Positions 10,231 to 19,133 of a stretch of 64,000 nt of DNA are shown piece after piece. The notes beneath the pieces were generated by a model, which saw only the letters and a list, made by a program, of their open reading frames with translations, was not told the origin of the DNA and ran no database searches. Position 1 is the first letter of the stretch; every line of letters starts with the position of its first letter. The translations under genes and the position numbers were made by a program. Origin of the DNA: Salinispira sp. (lineage in GTDB: Bacteria; Spirochaetota; Spirochaetia; DSM-27196; Salinispiraceae); NCBI GenBank assembly GCA_965602015.1, contig OZ271918.1:2944001-3008000 (forward strand), given 5' to 3'.

Positions 10231-10952
10231 TGTGCACCCTGACTTTCCAGCCCGGCGGAGGCCCCAAGTCCCGTTGGATACTGTTCAACCGCGATGAATT
10301 GCGCAGCCGACCGAAGGCCGGCAGGCCCGAACTCTTCGAAGGCCGGGGAATTCCATACCTCATGCCCGTCGATCCCCAGGGCGGAGGAAGCTGGATGGGT
10401 TTGTCAGCCGGAGGGTACTTCATCTGCCTGCTGAACAATTATCCCGGCGATGCCATCGTAATCGACCCGAGCCTGCGTTCCCGGGGTCGTTTGGTGAAGG
10501 ACCTTCTGGAAGCCGGAGGCTTTCCCGATTCAGACGTCATCGGGCGGCGGCTTCATGACCATGAGTATGCGCCGTTTTACCTCGCGGCTTTTACCAAAGA
10601 GGAGACGAGACTGTGGGCATGGGATCAAAAATCACTGGTAAGCATTGATGCGGGCAAGGGTTTCCTGTCGAGCAGCGGCTACCGTCACAGCGAAACCAGC
10701 AGCCGCCGAGCACGGCTCTATGAGGGCAGCCAGGCGTCCCAACAGAATGCCGGAAGGAAGGAACTGTACGATTTCCATCTTCTTGAAAACGCCGATGATC
10801 CGTCATCTGGAATTCTCATGACCAGGCCCGACGCCATGACGGTATCAGTCAGTGAAGTCGAGCTGGGTGAGGGTTTCGGACGCCTTTTCTACCGCGAACG
10901 GGAAGCCCTGGATTCGCCGAGCGAGCATCGGCTGGAGTTCCCCGCCGATTAG
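10230..10952 (+). CDS. NRDE/TANGO2 family Ntn-hydrolase-fold protein
   Basis: Begins MCT (candidate N-terminal Cys nucleophile), FNRDE motif, DPQGGGSW, SRGRLV. Confidence 0.88.
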   Translation: MCTLTFQPGGGPKSRWILFNRDELRSRPKAGRPELFEGRGIPYLMPVDPQGGGSWMGLSAGGYFICLLNNYPGDAIVIDPSLRSRGRLVKDLLEAGGFPDSDVIGRRLHDHEYAPFYLAAFTKEETRLWAWDQKSLVSIDAGKGFLSSSGYRHSETSSRRARLYEGSQASQQNAGRKELYDFHLLENADDPSSGILMTRPDAMTVSVSEVELGEGFGRLFYREREALDSPSEHRLEFPAD

Positions 10953-11036
10953 CCCGCCGATTAGCCCGCCGATTAGCCCGCCGATTAGCCCGCTGATTCA
11001 CCCGCTGATTCACCCGCCGATACCGCCGTTGATTCA
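10941..11036. repeat. 12-bp tandem repeat: 4x CCCGCCGATTAG, 2x CCCGCTGATTCA, 2 degenerate units
   Basis: Read directly; the first unit contains the NRDE gene stop codon. Confidence 0.95.
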
Positions 11037-11121
11037 CCAGCGCGCACATGGTCGCTTCGCGTACAGCGTCATACGCTAATTCTGCACTACCGATTCACCA
11101 GCGCGCACATGGTCGCTTCGC
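11031..11121. repeat. Perfect 30-bp direct repeat pair separated by 31 bp
   Basis: GATTCACCAGCGCGCACATGGTCGCTTCGC at 11031-11060 and 11092-11121. Confidence 0.95.
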
Positions 11122-11145
11122 TGCCGCCTCGACGGCGGCTGCGAG

Positions 11146-11607
11146 TTAGTTTTCTAGTCTTCGTCGAATCCCAGGCCAGTTTTCATCCGCCGACGTGATC
11201 ATACCCTGAAGGTCTGCCTCGAATCGCCGGTGGGTGCGGTTGTTGAAGTTCAGGAACAGCCGGTCATCGTGAATGGTCCACAACTCGGGTTGAATGCTCG
11301 CCGTGCCTCCCCGGCTCACCGCATAGGCGCAGTACCCGCCGTATTGGGGCAGGTAAGCCTCGGGATCTTCCAGGAAGAGCTCCCGGTGTTCATTGCTAAC
11401 AAAAAAGTATCGGGCCCCTGCGTGTTCAGCGGAAATTTCAGGGTTTCCCTCGGTTGCCTCGCCGAGGGTGAAGTACGCGACAACGTCATACCCTTCCACC
11501 GCGACGCCGTTGCGATCCCTCAATACCGTCTGGGCAAATGCCGTTGTGCCGGCCAACATGATGAGTAAAATACTCATAATTATGATTGTGCGTTTTTTGC
11601 CGTTCAT
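11146..11607 (-). CDS. Exported YHS domain-containing protein (Cys form of the YHS (seleno)protein family)
   Basis: Signal peptide; GYDVVAYF, FLEDPEAYLPQYGGYCAYAV, ADENWP. Confidence 0.9.
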   Translation of the reverse strand: MNGKKRTIIIMSILLIMLAGTTAFAQTVLRDRNGVAVEGYDVVAYFTLGEATEGNPEISAEHAGARYFFVSNEHRELFLEDPEAYLPQYGGYCAYAVSRGGTASIQPELWTIHDDRLFLNFNNRTHRRFEADLQGMITSADENWPGIRRRLEN

Positions 11608-11632
11608 TGTGCCTCCCCAATGCCTGTCATAT

Positions 11633-12661
11633 TTACTTCCCCGATCGAAGGGAGTAGTGCCTCCGCAGGGCCGAAATTAGCTCCGACGCCTTTTCGGGTT
11701 GGGCACCCGCTTCAAGGTTCGCCGCGCTTATGCGGCTAATATACTGCCAGTGACCCAGAAGGTCAGCCCAGGCGGCAAAAATTTTCATATCCGGGTCGTA
11801 AATATGGGCTGGCTCGGAATTCACGCCGTTGACTTCCATGATGGAGAACTTCCCCGACTCAAGGGCATAAAAGTCTTCAGCTTTCACATCGAATCGCCCG
11901 ATGTGGAAACCCGGAATGGATTCGAACAGGGGTTCGAAGGTGTCTAGAAGTTTCTCGCTTATTAGCGAGTTGCCGTTGCGGAAGGTCGAACCCCTGACGT
12001 GGTTTCCGATATCGGCGAGCAGTTTCTCCTCACCGGCGGGCAGCACATAATCAAGCTCGCTTTCAAAGGTATCTCTCAGCATTGTCCGGTGAAGCCAGGT
12101 CCGCTCTCCCTGATATATCAGCTCGGAAAGGGTCGAGGTGCCGTCCCCGGTGACTATCAGCGGCTCCTTAATGACCAAAGAGCTGATGCGCGGACGCTTC
12201 TCACCGGGAAGCCTGAGGAGCATTACCCCGTACTCCGCCCGATACGGAACATAAGCCTGGAGAAGAAGCGCCCGGGCCTCGCCGGAACCCCAGTTCTTCA
12301 GGTAATCGATCAACTGCTGATCATCATCGATTCTCGCCACGCCGTAGCCCCGTTCGCCGATATCCGGCTTGAGTATTACGGGAAAGTCCAGGGCCAGGTC
12401 CTTCATGGCGTCCCGAACCTCCTGCGGGCGCGGAACTTCGGAAAACCGCCGGCCGGCAGGAACGTAGCGGGCGGGAAACCGGGACAGCATCGATTCCTTG
12501 GAGTACTCGACAAATCCCCCGTACTCCAAGCCGGGATTCGCCGCCAAAAACCATCCGAGCCGGCCGAAGCGTATCGCCCGAAAAAGCAGGTAGACGTACA
12601 CGGGAACGTAAAACAGCCAGAAGGGCATAAACTCCCAGCGGAGCCATTTGGGCTTTCTCAT
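11633..12661 (-). CDS. ATP-grasp ligase, D-Ala-D-Ala ligase-like family of unknown substrate
   Basis: WEFMPFWLFY N-terminus, KPDIGERGYGV, GRFDVK, MEVNGVNSEPAHIYDP; GGAGG RBS. Confidence 0.85.
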   Translation of the reverse strand: MRKPKWLRWEFMPFWLFYVPVYVYLLFRAIRFGRLGWFLAANPGLEYGGFVEYSKESMLSRFPARYVPAGRRFSEVPRPQEVRDAMKDLALDFPVILKPDIGERGYGVARIDDDQQLIDYLKNWGSGEARALLLQAYVPYRAEYGVMLLRLPGEKRPRISSLVIKEPLIVTGDGTSTLSELIYQGERTWLHRTMLRDTFESELDYVLPAGEEKLLADIGNHVRGSTFRNGNSLISEKLLDTFEPLFESIPGFHIGRFDVKAEDFYALESGKFSIMEVNGVNSEPAHIYDPDMKIFAAWADLLGHWQYISRISAANLEAGAQPEKASELISALRRHYSLRSGK

Positions 12662-13497
12662 GAGGAAACCTCCGTTCCCAGGTCGTAAACCCGGCGACGG
12701 ATTCGCCGGTTCCATTCGTTGACGCCGCCAGTTCGAAGCTCCGAGGGGCTGACGGCATTGCCCACCCGAGCCTCCAGGACCTGACCCTTTTGCCGAAACA
12801 TTTCATCAGCGAGGAAGAGCATTTCGATATTGAATCCTATGCCGAACCATCGCCGGAGATTGGCCACATCGTAGAAAAACTTCCGGTTGCTGCCAGAAAA
12901 AAACACCGGCACAACCGGGCGGTTGTTATCCCTGGCCAGGCGCACGTAAGAACGGTTCCATGGAAGGTCTTTTATGACTCCGCCCTTCCTGCGGCTGCAG
13001 AGCCCCGCGGGGAAGTGGAGTATGGCCGCCGGGGAGGCGTACAGTTCCCGGTAGCGCTGCTGATGCCGGCGGTTGTCCCCCAGTTTGTTAACCGGAACAA
13101 AGAGACCCCTGAGGTTGGGTATCGCTAGAAGAAAATCATTCACCAGCACCCGGACTTCGGGAAAATATCGTGACATCAAAGCTAACAGCGCCATGCCGTC
13201 CATTCCGCCCAGGGGGTGATTCGAGACGATTACCGGTCGCTCCAGGCCGGATAGATTCTCGGCGCCGCTGATGCGTATTTCAACGCCAAAATCCTCCATG
13301 GCCTGCTCTATGAAATCGACTCCGTCGAGATCGGCTCCCCGGGACAGGATCCCGTTGATTTCCCGCACATGGAGGAGCCGTTCGAGCATACGGACGAAGG
13401 TGCCGGGAATCTTCCCGGCGAGCTCAGGATTCTTCGCGGCAATGAGCTCGCGAATATCGATGTTTAAAGCCCGGCCGCCGGTTCGGGAATCGGACAT
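12658..13497 (-). CDS. PlsC-like phospholipid/glycerol acyltransferase
   Basis: SNHPLGGMDG, FPAG, PVVPVFFSGSN motifs. Confidence 0.85.
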   Translation of the reverse strand: MSDSRTGGRALNIDIRELIAAKNPELAGKIPGTFVRMLERLLHVREINGILSRGADLDGVDFIEQAMEDFGVEIRISGAENLSGLERPVIVSNHPLGGMDGMALLALMSRYFPEVRVLVNDFLLAIPNLRGLFVPVNKLGDNRRHQQRYRELYASPAAILHFPAGLCSRRKGGVIKDLPWNRSYVRLARDNNRPVVPVFFSGSNRKFFYDVANLRRWFGIGFNIEMLFLADEMFRQKGQVLEARVGNAVSPSELRTGGVNEWNRRIRRRVYDLGTEVSS

Positions 13498-14723
13498 CAC
13501 CGTTGATTCCCCGGGGAACGGTCCTGAATTCCAGCGATAATTGCCGCGACGATGTCGCCGGCTACCGCGCATTTTGATTTGGTCTCTCCGGTCACCTGGC
13601 TGCCGTCGGGAAACATCAGGGTGACTTTGTTGGTGTCGTGAGCGAACCCGGCTCCGGGATCCTGTAGGCTGTTCAGCACAATCATGTCAAAGGATTTGCG
13701 CTTCATTTTATCCCGGGCATTGCGCTGCTCGTCATGGGTTTCGAGGGCGAATCCGGTTATAAACTGATCAGGCCTTTTGAGCTTCGCAAGCTCAGCGGCG
13801 ATGTCTGTAGTGCGCTCCAGGCAGATGCTCATGTCGCCTTCGCCCTTTTTGATTTTCTGTTCGCTCACCTGAGCCGGCCGGTAATCCGCAACCGCGGCGG
13901 CAAGGACCGCAATGTCGCAGTCTGTGAACGCTTCGATGGATGCCTGCGCCATTTCTGCGGCGCTCTCCAGCGAAACCACCTCAACCGAAGGATGATTAAT
14001 GCTCTGATGGACAGGTCCTGATATCAGGGTAACCAAAGCGCCCTGTTCTGCGAGCTCCCGGGCAAGGGCATACCCCATCTTCCCCGTCGAGCGGTTGCCG
14101 ATGAATCGCACCGGATCAATCGCCTCGTAGGTCGGACCGGCGGTTACCATGGCCTTTAGTCCGGCCAGGGGGGCTTTGCCGCCTCGGGAGTGTTTCCGTA
14201 GAAATGTGAGAATGTCTTCGGGTTCGGCCATGCGTCCCCGGCCCTCCAGTCCGCTGGCCAGCTCCCCGCTTCCCGGTTCGATGAGGATGTTTCCCCGGCT
14301 CCGAAGAAGCTCAACGTTCTGTTGGGTCGCCGGATGGGCGTACATATCCAGATCCATTGCGGGGGCAAAAAACACCGGGCAGCGGGCGGACAGGTAGGTG
14401 GCCAACAGTAAATTATCGCATCGGCCGCAGGCCATGGCCGCCATAGTGTTGGCAGACGCCGGCGCGATGAGCATTGCATCGGCCCACAGCCCCAGTTCCA
14501 CGTGGCTGTTCCACACGCCGTCTCTTTCATCGAAGTAGCTCATCCTCACGGGATTTTTGGATAGGGTCGCAAGGGTAAGCGGAGTAATAAAATCCGAGGC
14601 GGCGGGGGTCATTACCACTTTGACTTCCATGCCCTCCTTCACCAGCAGGCGGGTCAGATGGGCGGCCTTGTACGCGGCGATGCTCCCGGTTACCCCAAGT
14701 AAGACTTTTGCTATTTCCCTCAT
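13497..14723 (-). CDS. coaBC: Bifunctional phosphopantothenoylcysteine decarboxylase/ligase
   Basis: GVTGSIAAYKA, APASANT, TAGPTYEAIDPVRFIGNRSTGKMG, AAVADY, GFALET. Confidence 0.96.
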   Translation of the reverse strand: MREIAKVLLGVTGSIAAYKAAHLTRLLVKEGMEVKVVMTPAASDFITPLTLATLSKNPVRMSYFDERDGVWNSHVELGLWADAMLIAPASANTMAAMACGRCDNLLLATYLSARCPVFFAPAMDLDMYAHPATQQNVELLRSRGNILIEPGSGELASGLEGRGRMAEPEDILTFLRKHSRGGKAPLAGLKAMVTAGPTYEAIDPVRFIGNRSTGKMGYALARELAEQGALVTLISGPVHQSINHPSVEVVSLESAAEMAQASIEAFTDCDIAVLAAAVADYRPAQVSEQKIKKGEGDMSICLERTTDIAAELAKLKRPDQFITGFALETHDEQRNARDKMKRKSFDMIVLNSLQDPGAGFAHDTNKVTLMFPDGSQVTGETKSKCAVAGDIVAAIIAGIQDRSPGNQR

Positions 14724-15196
14724 GCCCCGTCCTCTTCTTCCACAGAGCTGCTCTCCGCAGGTTTTATGAAATTATGGCGGGTTTTCCCCGGGAATACAAT
14801 GTGCTTCCGGTAAACAAAATTCCAGAGGAACACCAGAGCCATCCCCAGTGCATTGCTGAACCTGAAATGCAGGAGGGCCAAGCTGTCGCTGAGAATCCAG
14901 ATTGTGGACGATGATATACCCAGGGCCACAACTGCCCCCGCCAAATACAGCAGTAGCTCCCCGCCCGCCCGGTGACGCTTGGGATTGCCAAAAACCCAGA
15001 ACCGGGAGAGCACATACGTAGTCGCGAGCGCCGCCGGATAGGAAAAAACCTTTAAAAGTGACGCCTGTCCGCCGCTCGCCGCCACGAGTATCTCAAGCAC
15101 CGCCCAATCGACGAAGAATGCCGCCCACGCAGTGAGCAGGGAACGAAAAAACTGGACGATAGCAGTGCTTTGTCGGTAGTTTGTAGCAGAATTCAC
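14720..15196 (-). CDS. GtrA family membrane protein
   Basis: Four TM segments, QFFRSL, YVLSRFWVF, WNFVYRKHIVF. Confidence 0.8.
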   Translation of the reverse strand: MNSATNYRQSTAIVQFFRSLLTAWAAFFVDWAVLEILVAASGGQASLLKVFSYPAALATTYVLSRFWVFGNPKRHRAGGELLLYLAGAVVALGISSSTIWILSDSLALLHFRFSNALGMALVFLWNFVYRKHIVFPGKTRHNFIKPAESSSVEEEDGA

Positions 15197-15240
15197 GGGG
15201 ATAAAGATACTATTTTCCCAAGAAAGGGACGAGGTGATAC

Positions 15241-16560
15241 ATGATCGTTTCTGCTCTCGCAGATAAAAACATTCGGGCCGGCAACTGGGTTAGCTGGAAT
15301 GCAAATATAACGCACGGCTATGATGTGCTCACTCCTATCCGCAGCGAAGCCCAGCTCGCCGAACTCATTGCAGGCGCCAAAGCGTTCAGGCCGGTGGGAA
15401 CCGGACAGTCTTCTTCCGATATCGTCGCGGGCACATCGGTGCTTGCGGATATGAACGGCTACGACAACATCATTTCAATTGACAGCGAGCGCATGCAGAT
15501 AAGAGCTCAAAGCGGAATCCTGCTCAAAGACCTGCTGCAGACAGCGGAAGCCCAGGGCTGGACCATCCCCTGCCTCCCTGACAATGACAGCATTACCCTG
15601 GGAGGAGCCATAGCCACCGGCACCCACGGCACTACCGGAGGCGGCAAGCCCCTCTCGGAATATATGGTGGCATGCTCACTTATCAGCCCCGATGGCAGCA
15701 TAGAAGAAGTTCATGAGGGCGACGCCCGCATGGATGCCCTGCGCTGTTCCATGGGACTATTGGGGGTCATGAGCGAGATAACCCTGCAATGCGAGGCTTC
15801 GCGAAATCTCTATGTCACCGAAGAGGCGGTGCGCGATGAAATCTGGCTCGAAAAATGGCCCCACTGGCTGAAGGAAAACTACTTTCTGCGCTTGCTTTGG
15901 ATACCCCACAGCGGATACGCCTGGGTAATCCGCGGGAATCCCGTAGAATCCTCCCAGACTCCGGGCCCCATAATTGACGCACCCGGCCGGGTAAAGCACC
16001 GCAGGGAGCTCTCCCGTTTGCTCTACAGCATCGACAGCCCCGGCTTTTCCCGATTTTCCAACAAGCTTCTCAGGCAGCTGTTTTTCTCCCACAAGTCCAG
16101 CAGCTTAGGATCGCTGTATCAGGCGACGGTAACAAAGAAGCGCAGTTCCACTCTCGAACTCGCCGAATGGACTGTTGGTCAGGAAAACTTTAATGCGGTG
16201 TTCCGGGAATTTGTCCAGGCAATGGCCGCCGACAAGGAAGCCTTTGCCCACATTCCCATGGACATACGATTCCTTAACGGCGACAACACCTGGCTCAGCA
16301 ATGCGTACGGCAAAGACATCGTCACCATGGGCTGCGTAACCCGGAACCCCTCCAAGGCAGATGAATACCGGGCCTTTGACATAATTGAATCGAGTTTCCT
16401 CAAAGCCGGAGGTCGGCCCCATTGGGCAAAGCGATTCAACGCCGGAAGAGAAACCCTGTCAGGCCTCTACCCCAGGTGGGATGATTTCATTCAGGCCCGC
16501 AGAGATACCGACCCTCAAAACGTCTTTTTAAACGGCTATCTGGGGGGACTGTTTAGCTAG
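15241..16560 (+). CDS. FAD-linked aldonolactone oxidase family protein (ALO/GULO-like)
   Basis: TLGGAIATGTHG, SMGLLGVMSEITL, C-terminal GGRPHWAK and DPQNVFLN. Confidence 0.85.
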   Translation: MIVSALADKNIRAGNWVSWNANITHGYDVLTPIRSEAQLAELIAGAKAFRPVGTGQSSSDIVAGTSVLADMNGYDNIISIDSERMQIRAQSGILLKDLLQTAEAQGWTIPCLPDNDSITLGGAIATGTHGTTGGGKPLSEYMVACSLISPDGSIEEVHEGDARMDALRCSMGLLGVMSEITLQCEASRNLYVTEEAVRDEIWLEKWPHWLKENYFLRLLWIPHSGYAWVIRGNPVESSQTPGPIIDAPGRVKHRRELSRLLYSIDSPGFSRFSNKLLRQLFFSHKSSSLGSLYQATVTKKRSSTLELAEWTVGQENFNAVFREFVQAMAADKEAFAHIPMDIRFLNGDNTWLSNAYGKDIVTMGCVTRNPSKADEYRAFDIIESSFLKAGGRPHWAKRFNAGRETLSGLYPRWDDFIQARRDTDPQNVFLNGYLGGLFS

Positions 16561-16590
16561 AATTTGCCCAATCTAAAGATGCGAGAGTGA

Positions 16591-17786
16591 TTATTTCCGT
16601 TGATCGATAATTCCCTGGATTTGACGGAATTTAAACCGGGAGACGATCTCTTCGTATTTACCGTATGCCTGTGCAGCGATTTCCTCCCAGGAAATATACA
16701 GGAAATCCTTGGCTCCAATGCCGACTTGCCGAAGATTATCCTCATTGCCGAGTACAGTCATTATTTTACCGGCATATGATTCGGGATCATTCTCTGCAAA
16801 AAACCGTTTTTTCCGTCAATAATTCCGTTGGCGGTTGTTGCCCCTTCAACAAAAACTGTCGGGATGGCAAATCCCGCAGCTTCCCTGGTTGCTAAAGAGG
16901 CATTGTCATACAAAGAGGGAAACAGCATCAGGTCGCTGGCGGCAAAGACCTTCCTGAGATCCTGTCGATCATAGATAGGTCCGGTAAACTGAACATGATT
17001 ATCCAATCCCGATTTACTGACCAGATCCCGTATTTCTTCCAAATCGCTTCCGTTCCCCACCATCCTCATCTGGAAACCTCGGTTTTCCTGTTTGAGAATC
17101 TTGAGGCTTTGGATGAGTAGTTTGAGGTTTTTCACCCAGCGCTGCTGCCCCAGATAGAGAAGCACCGGTGATGTACCGTCAACGTTCAAGATTTCCCGGC
17201 CTTCGGCTGCAAGCGCTTTTCGATCCTCACCGGCAGAGAGGGCAATGTCGCTTCCGTTTGGTACGTAATCGACGGGGCCTCGATAGCCATACTCCCTCAA
17301 TGTTTCGATGATCGCTTCGTTCGGCACCCAGACTGCATCGGCCTGCTCGTAAAATCCGACGATAAATTTCACCGCCTGATTGATGGTAATGTCGAGCATC
17401 ATCCAATTCGCAAAATCATCACGGCACTTGGAATGGAATGTGGCAACTATTGGGATTTTCCTTTTTTGGGCTAAGGTGTACGCATAGTTACCGCTTACGA
17501 AGGGACAATGGGCGTGCACCAGATCGAATGGTATTTCCTCGATAGTCTGGTTAAACTCCCGGTCAACCCTGGGGAAACCGAGGCGGTAGGGGTCGGCAAT
17601 CTTCAACCTCAGTGACTGGAACCGGAGAACGTTCGGGTCAGTATCCTGATAATCCGGTACTTTCGGCCCGATGGCAAAGCTCGGGGCATGATTACGATTC
17701 AGCCAATAGGCGTAATTGCTTGCGGTGATCGCGACCCCATCCATAATGGGAGGTAGGGAATCGTTGAACTGTCCGCTAATGATCAC
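16591..17786 (-). pseudogene. GT4 glycosyltransferase with a frameshift near the C-terminus
   Basis: DGVAIT, HAHCPF, FPSLYDNASLATREAA; the frame breaks at the A6 run 16798-16803 and the alternative frame continues AENDPESYAGKI...SWEEIAAQAYGKYEEI to a stop at 16591. Confidence 0.75.
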
Positions 17787-17943
17787 ATGACGCTCCTTTG
17801 GATTTTAATGCGATCCTGTACCCCGATAAATATATGTACTATTTATTTCCCATTCAAGCCGGACTTACCCAGCCTCCGGCCAGGATATAGAGCTTTGATG
17901 ATTTACTATTCAAAACGCTGACCGGAGTATTTCGTTTGCGCAA

Positions 17944-19133
17944 TCAAAAAACCTTGAACCATGAGAGCTGAAATGTTGATAAGTCAATCGCCGTGATTTC
18001 TACCTTGCCATCTATATCGTTCACTAAAAACAATGTGTCATCCAAAATCTGAGGTGGTGAATTCGGCCAGAGATTCAAAAGCACCTCACTGGGTATCTTA
18101 GATAAATCACCCGTGATTGGATCAACTTCGTAAAACCACCATTCAATGCGGGGTATTATCCCATCGAGATAATTAGAGTCGGGCCCTGTTCCTGCAATGG
18201 CATATATTTTGGCATCGTGTACAAACATATCCCAAATTATATGATGAGAAGCTTCTCGATTCAGTTCTACTGAACGATCTAAATCGCCAGAAATAGCATC
18301 GAATTCATGTAATATCGGGGTCTCATAATCCCAGTATCCTGTTGCCTGATTTGACTTTTCATCTATGGCGTTTTGCGCTTCCATCCATAAGTTGCCGTTG
18401 TGAATAAACATATTCCAAAATGAAACACTCGGACTTGATGCAGTGAGTAATTTTGAACTGGTCATTGTGCCAGCCGAAATATGCCAGAGTTCGTAAGTAC
18501 CATTATTGTTTATGGATGTGTACCAAACATTGCCTTTTAAATCAGAAATGGCTGAACTAAAGCTTCCGCTCGGTACAGTACTTCCGTTGAAAGCTCTCCG
18601 GTATTGAGATCAATTTCCCTAATGGGAAACCCCAACTCTCTTCGGTTGCCGTAGAAAATAATTGCTTTACTACCTTCTTCTTGAGATAGCAGGACATGCC
18701 AGGGTTTATCTTCTCCGGTTGAATACCTCTTTTCTATGCTCCCTGTACTTCGTTCGAAGCCCACAAGTGCAGATTCCCCCTGCACAGAATACCAATCTAT
18801 ATTCTGTCTGGAATCGTAAAAACTGTTTCGTTGCCAGATTAATTTATTAGTAATTACCCCTTCGGAAACCTTCGATTGGGATTCGGGATCGATGACCAAA
18901 GAGGTAGCCACACCGACACGTCTTGAAGAGCTGATACCTCGGGCATTCGGCATTGATCTTAGCAAATCAGGGCTATAACCATTCAGCACTACCAGGGGCG
19001 ATGCTATATGATCGTATGGAAGAGGTTCTGCGAATTTTTTTAACATCCAATCATCCGAAAGATTACAGCCAACAATAGTTAATACAGTATAAAAGAGTGC
19101 TGCAACCAGCAGCACCCAATTTGATTTAGTCAT
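17944..19133 (-). pseudogene. Beta-rich (propeller-like) lipoprotein split by a 1-nt frameshift near 18570
   Basis: Lipobox IVGC; ORF 18537-19133 ends at EALVQPFLI, while the other frame is open from about 18607 (SGSFSSAISDLKGNVWYTSINNNGTYELWHISAGT) directly into ORF 17944-18465. Confidence 0.65.

Noticed and set aside
10849..11079. ORFs with PPIS or RRAN repeats
   Set aside because: Artefacts of the 12-bp tandem repeat, overlapping the NRDE gene
11031..11121. CRISPR array call
   Set aside because: Only two repeats, no cas genes or AT-rich leader, no typical repeat terminus; kept only as an unexplained repeat
11325..11345. Selenocysteine recoding in the YHS protein
   Set aside because: The motif position is a normal Cys codon (TGC); no in-frame TGA
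17820..17946. Readthrough or further frameshift at the end of the split lipoprotein
   Set aside because: All three frames close within about 30 codons; cannot be supported without homologues
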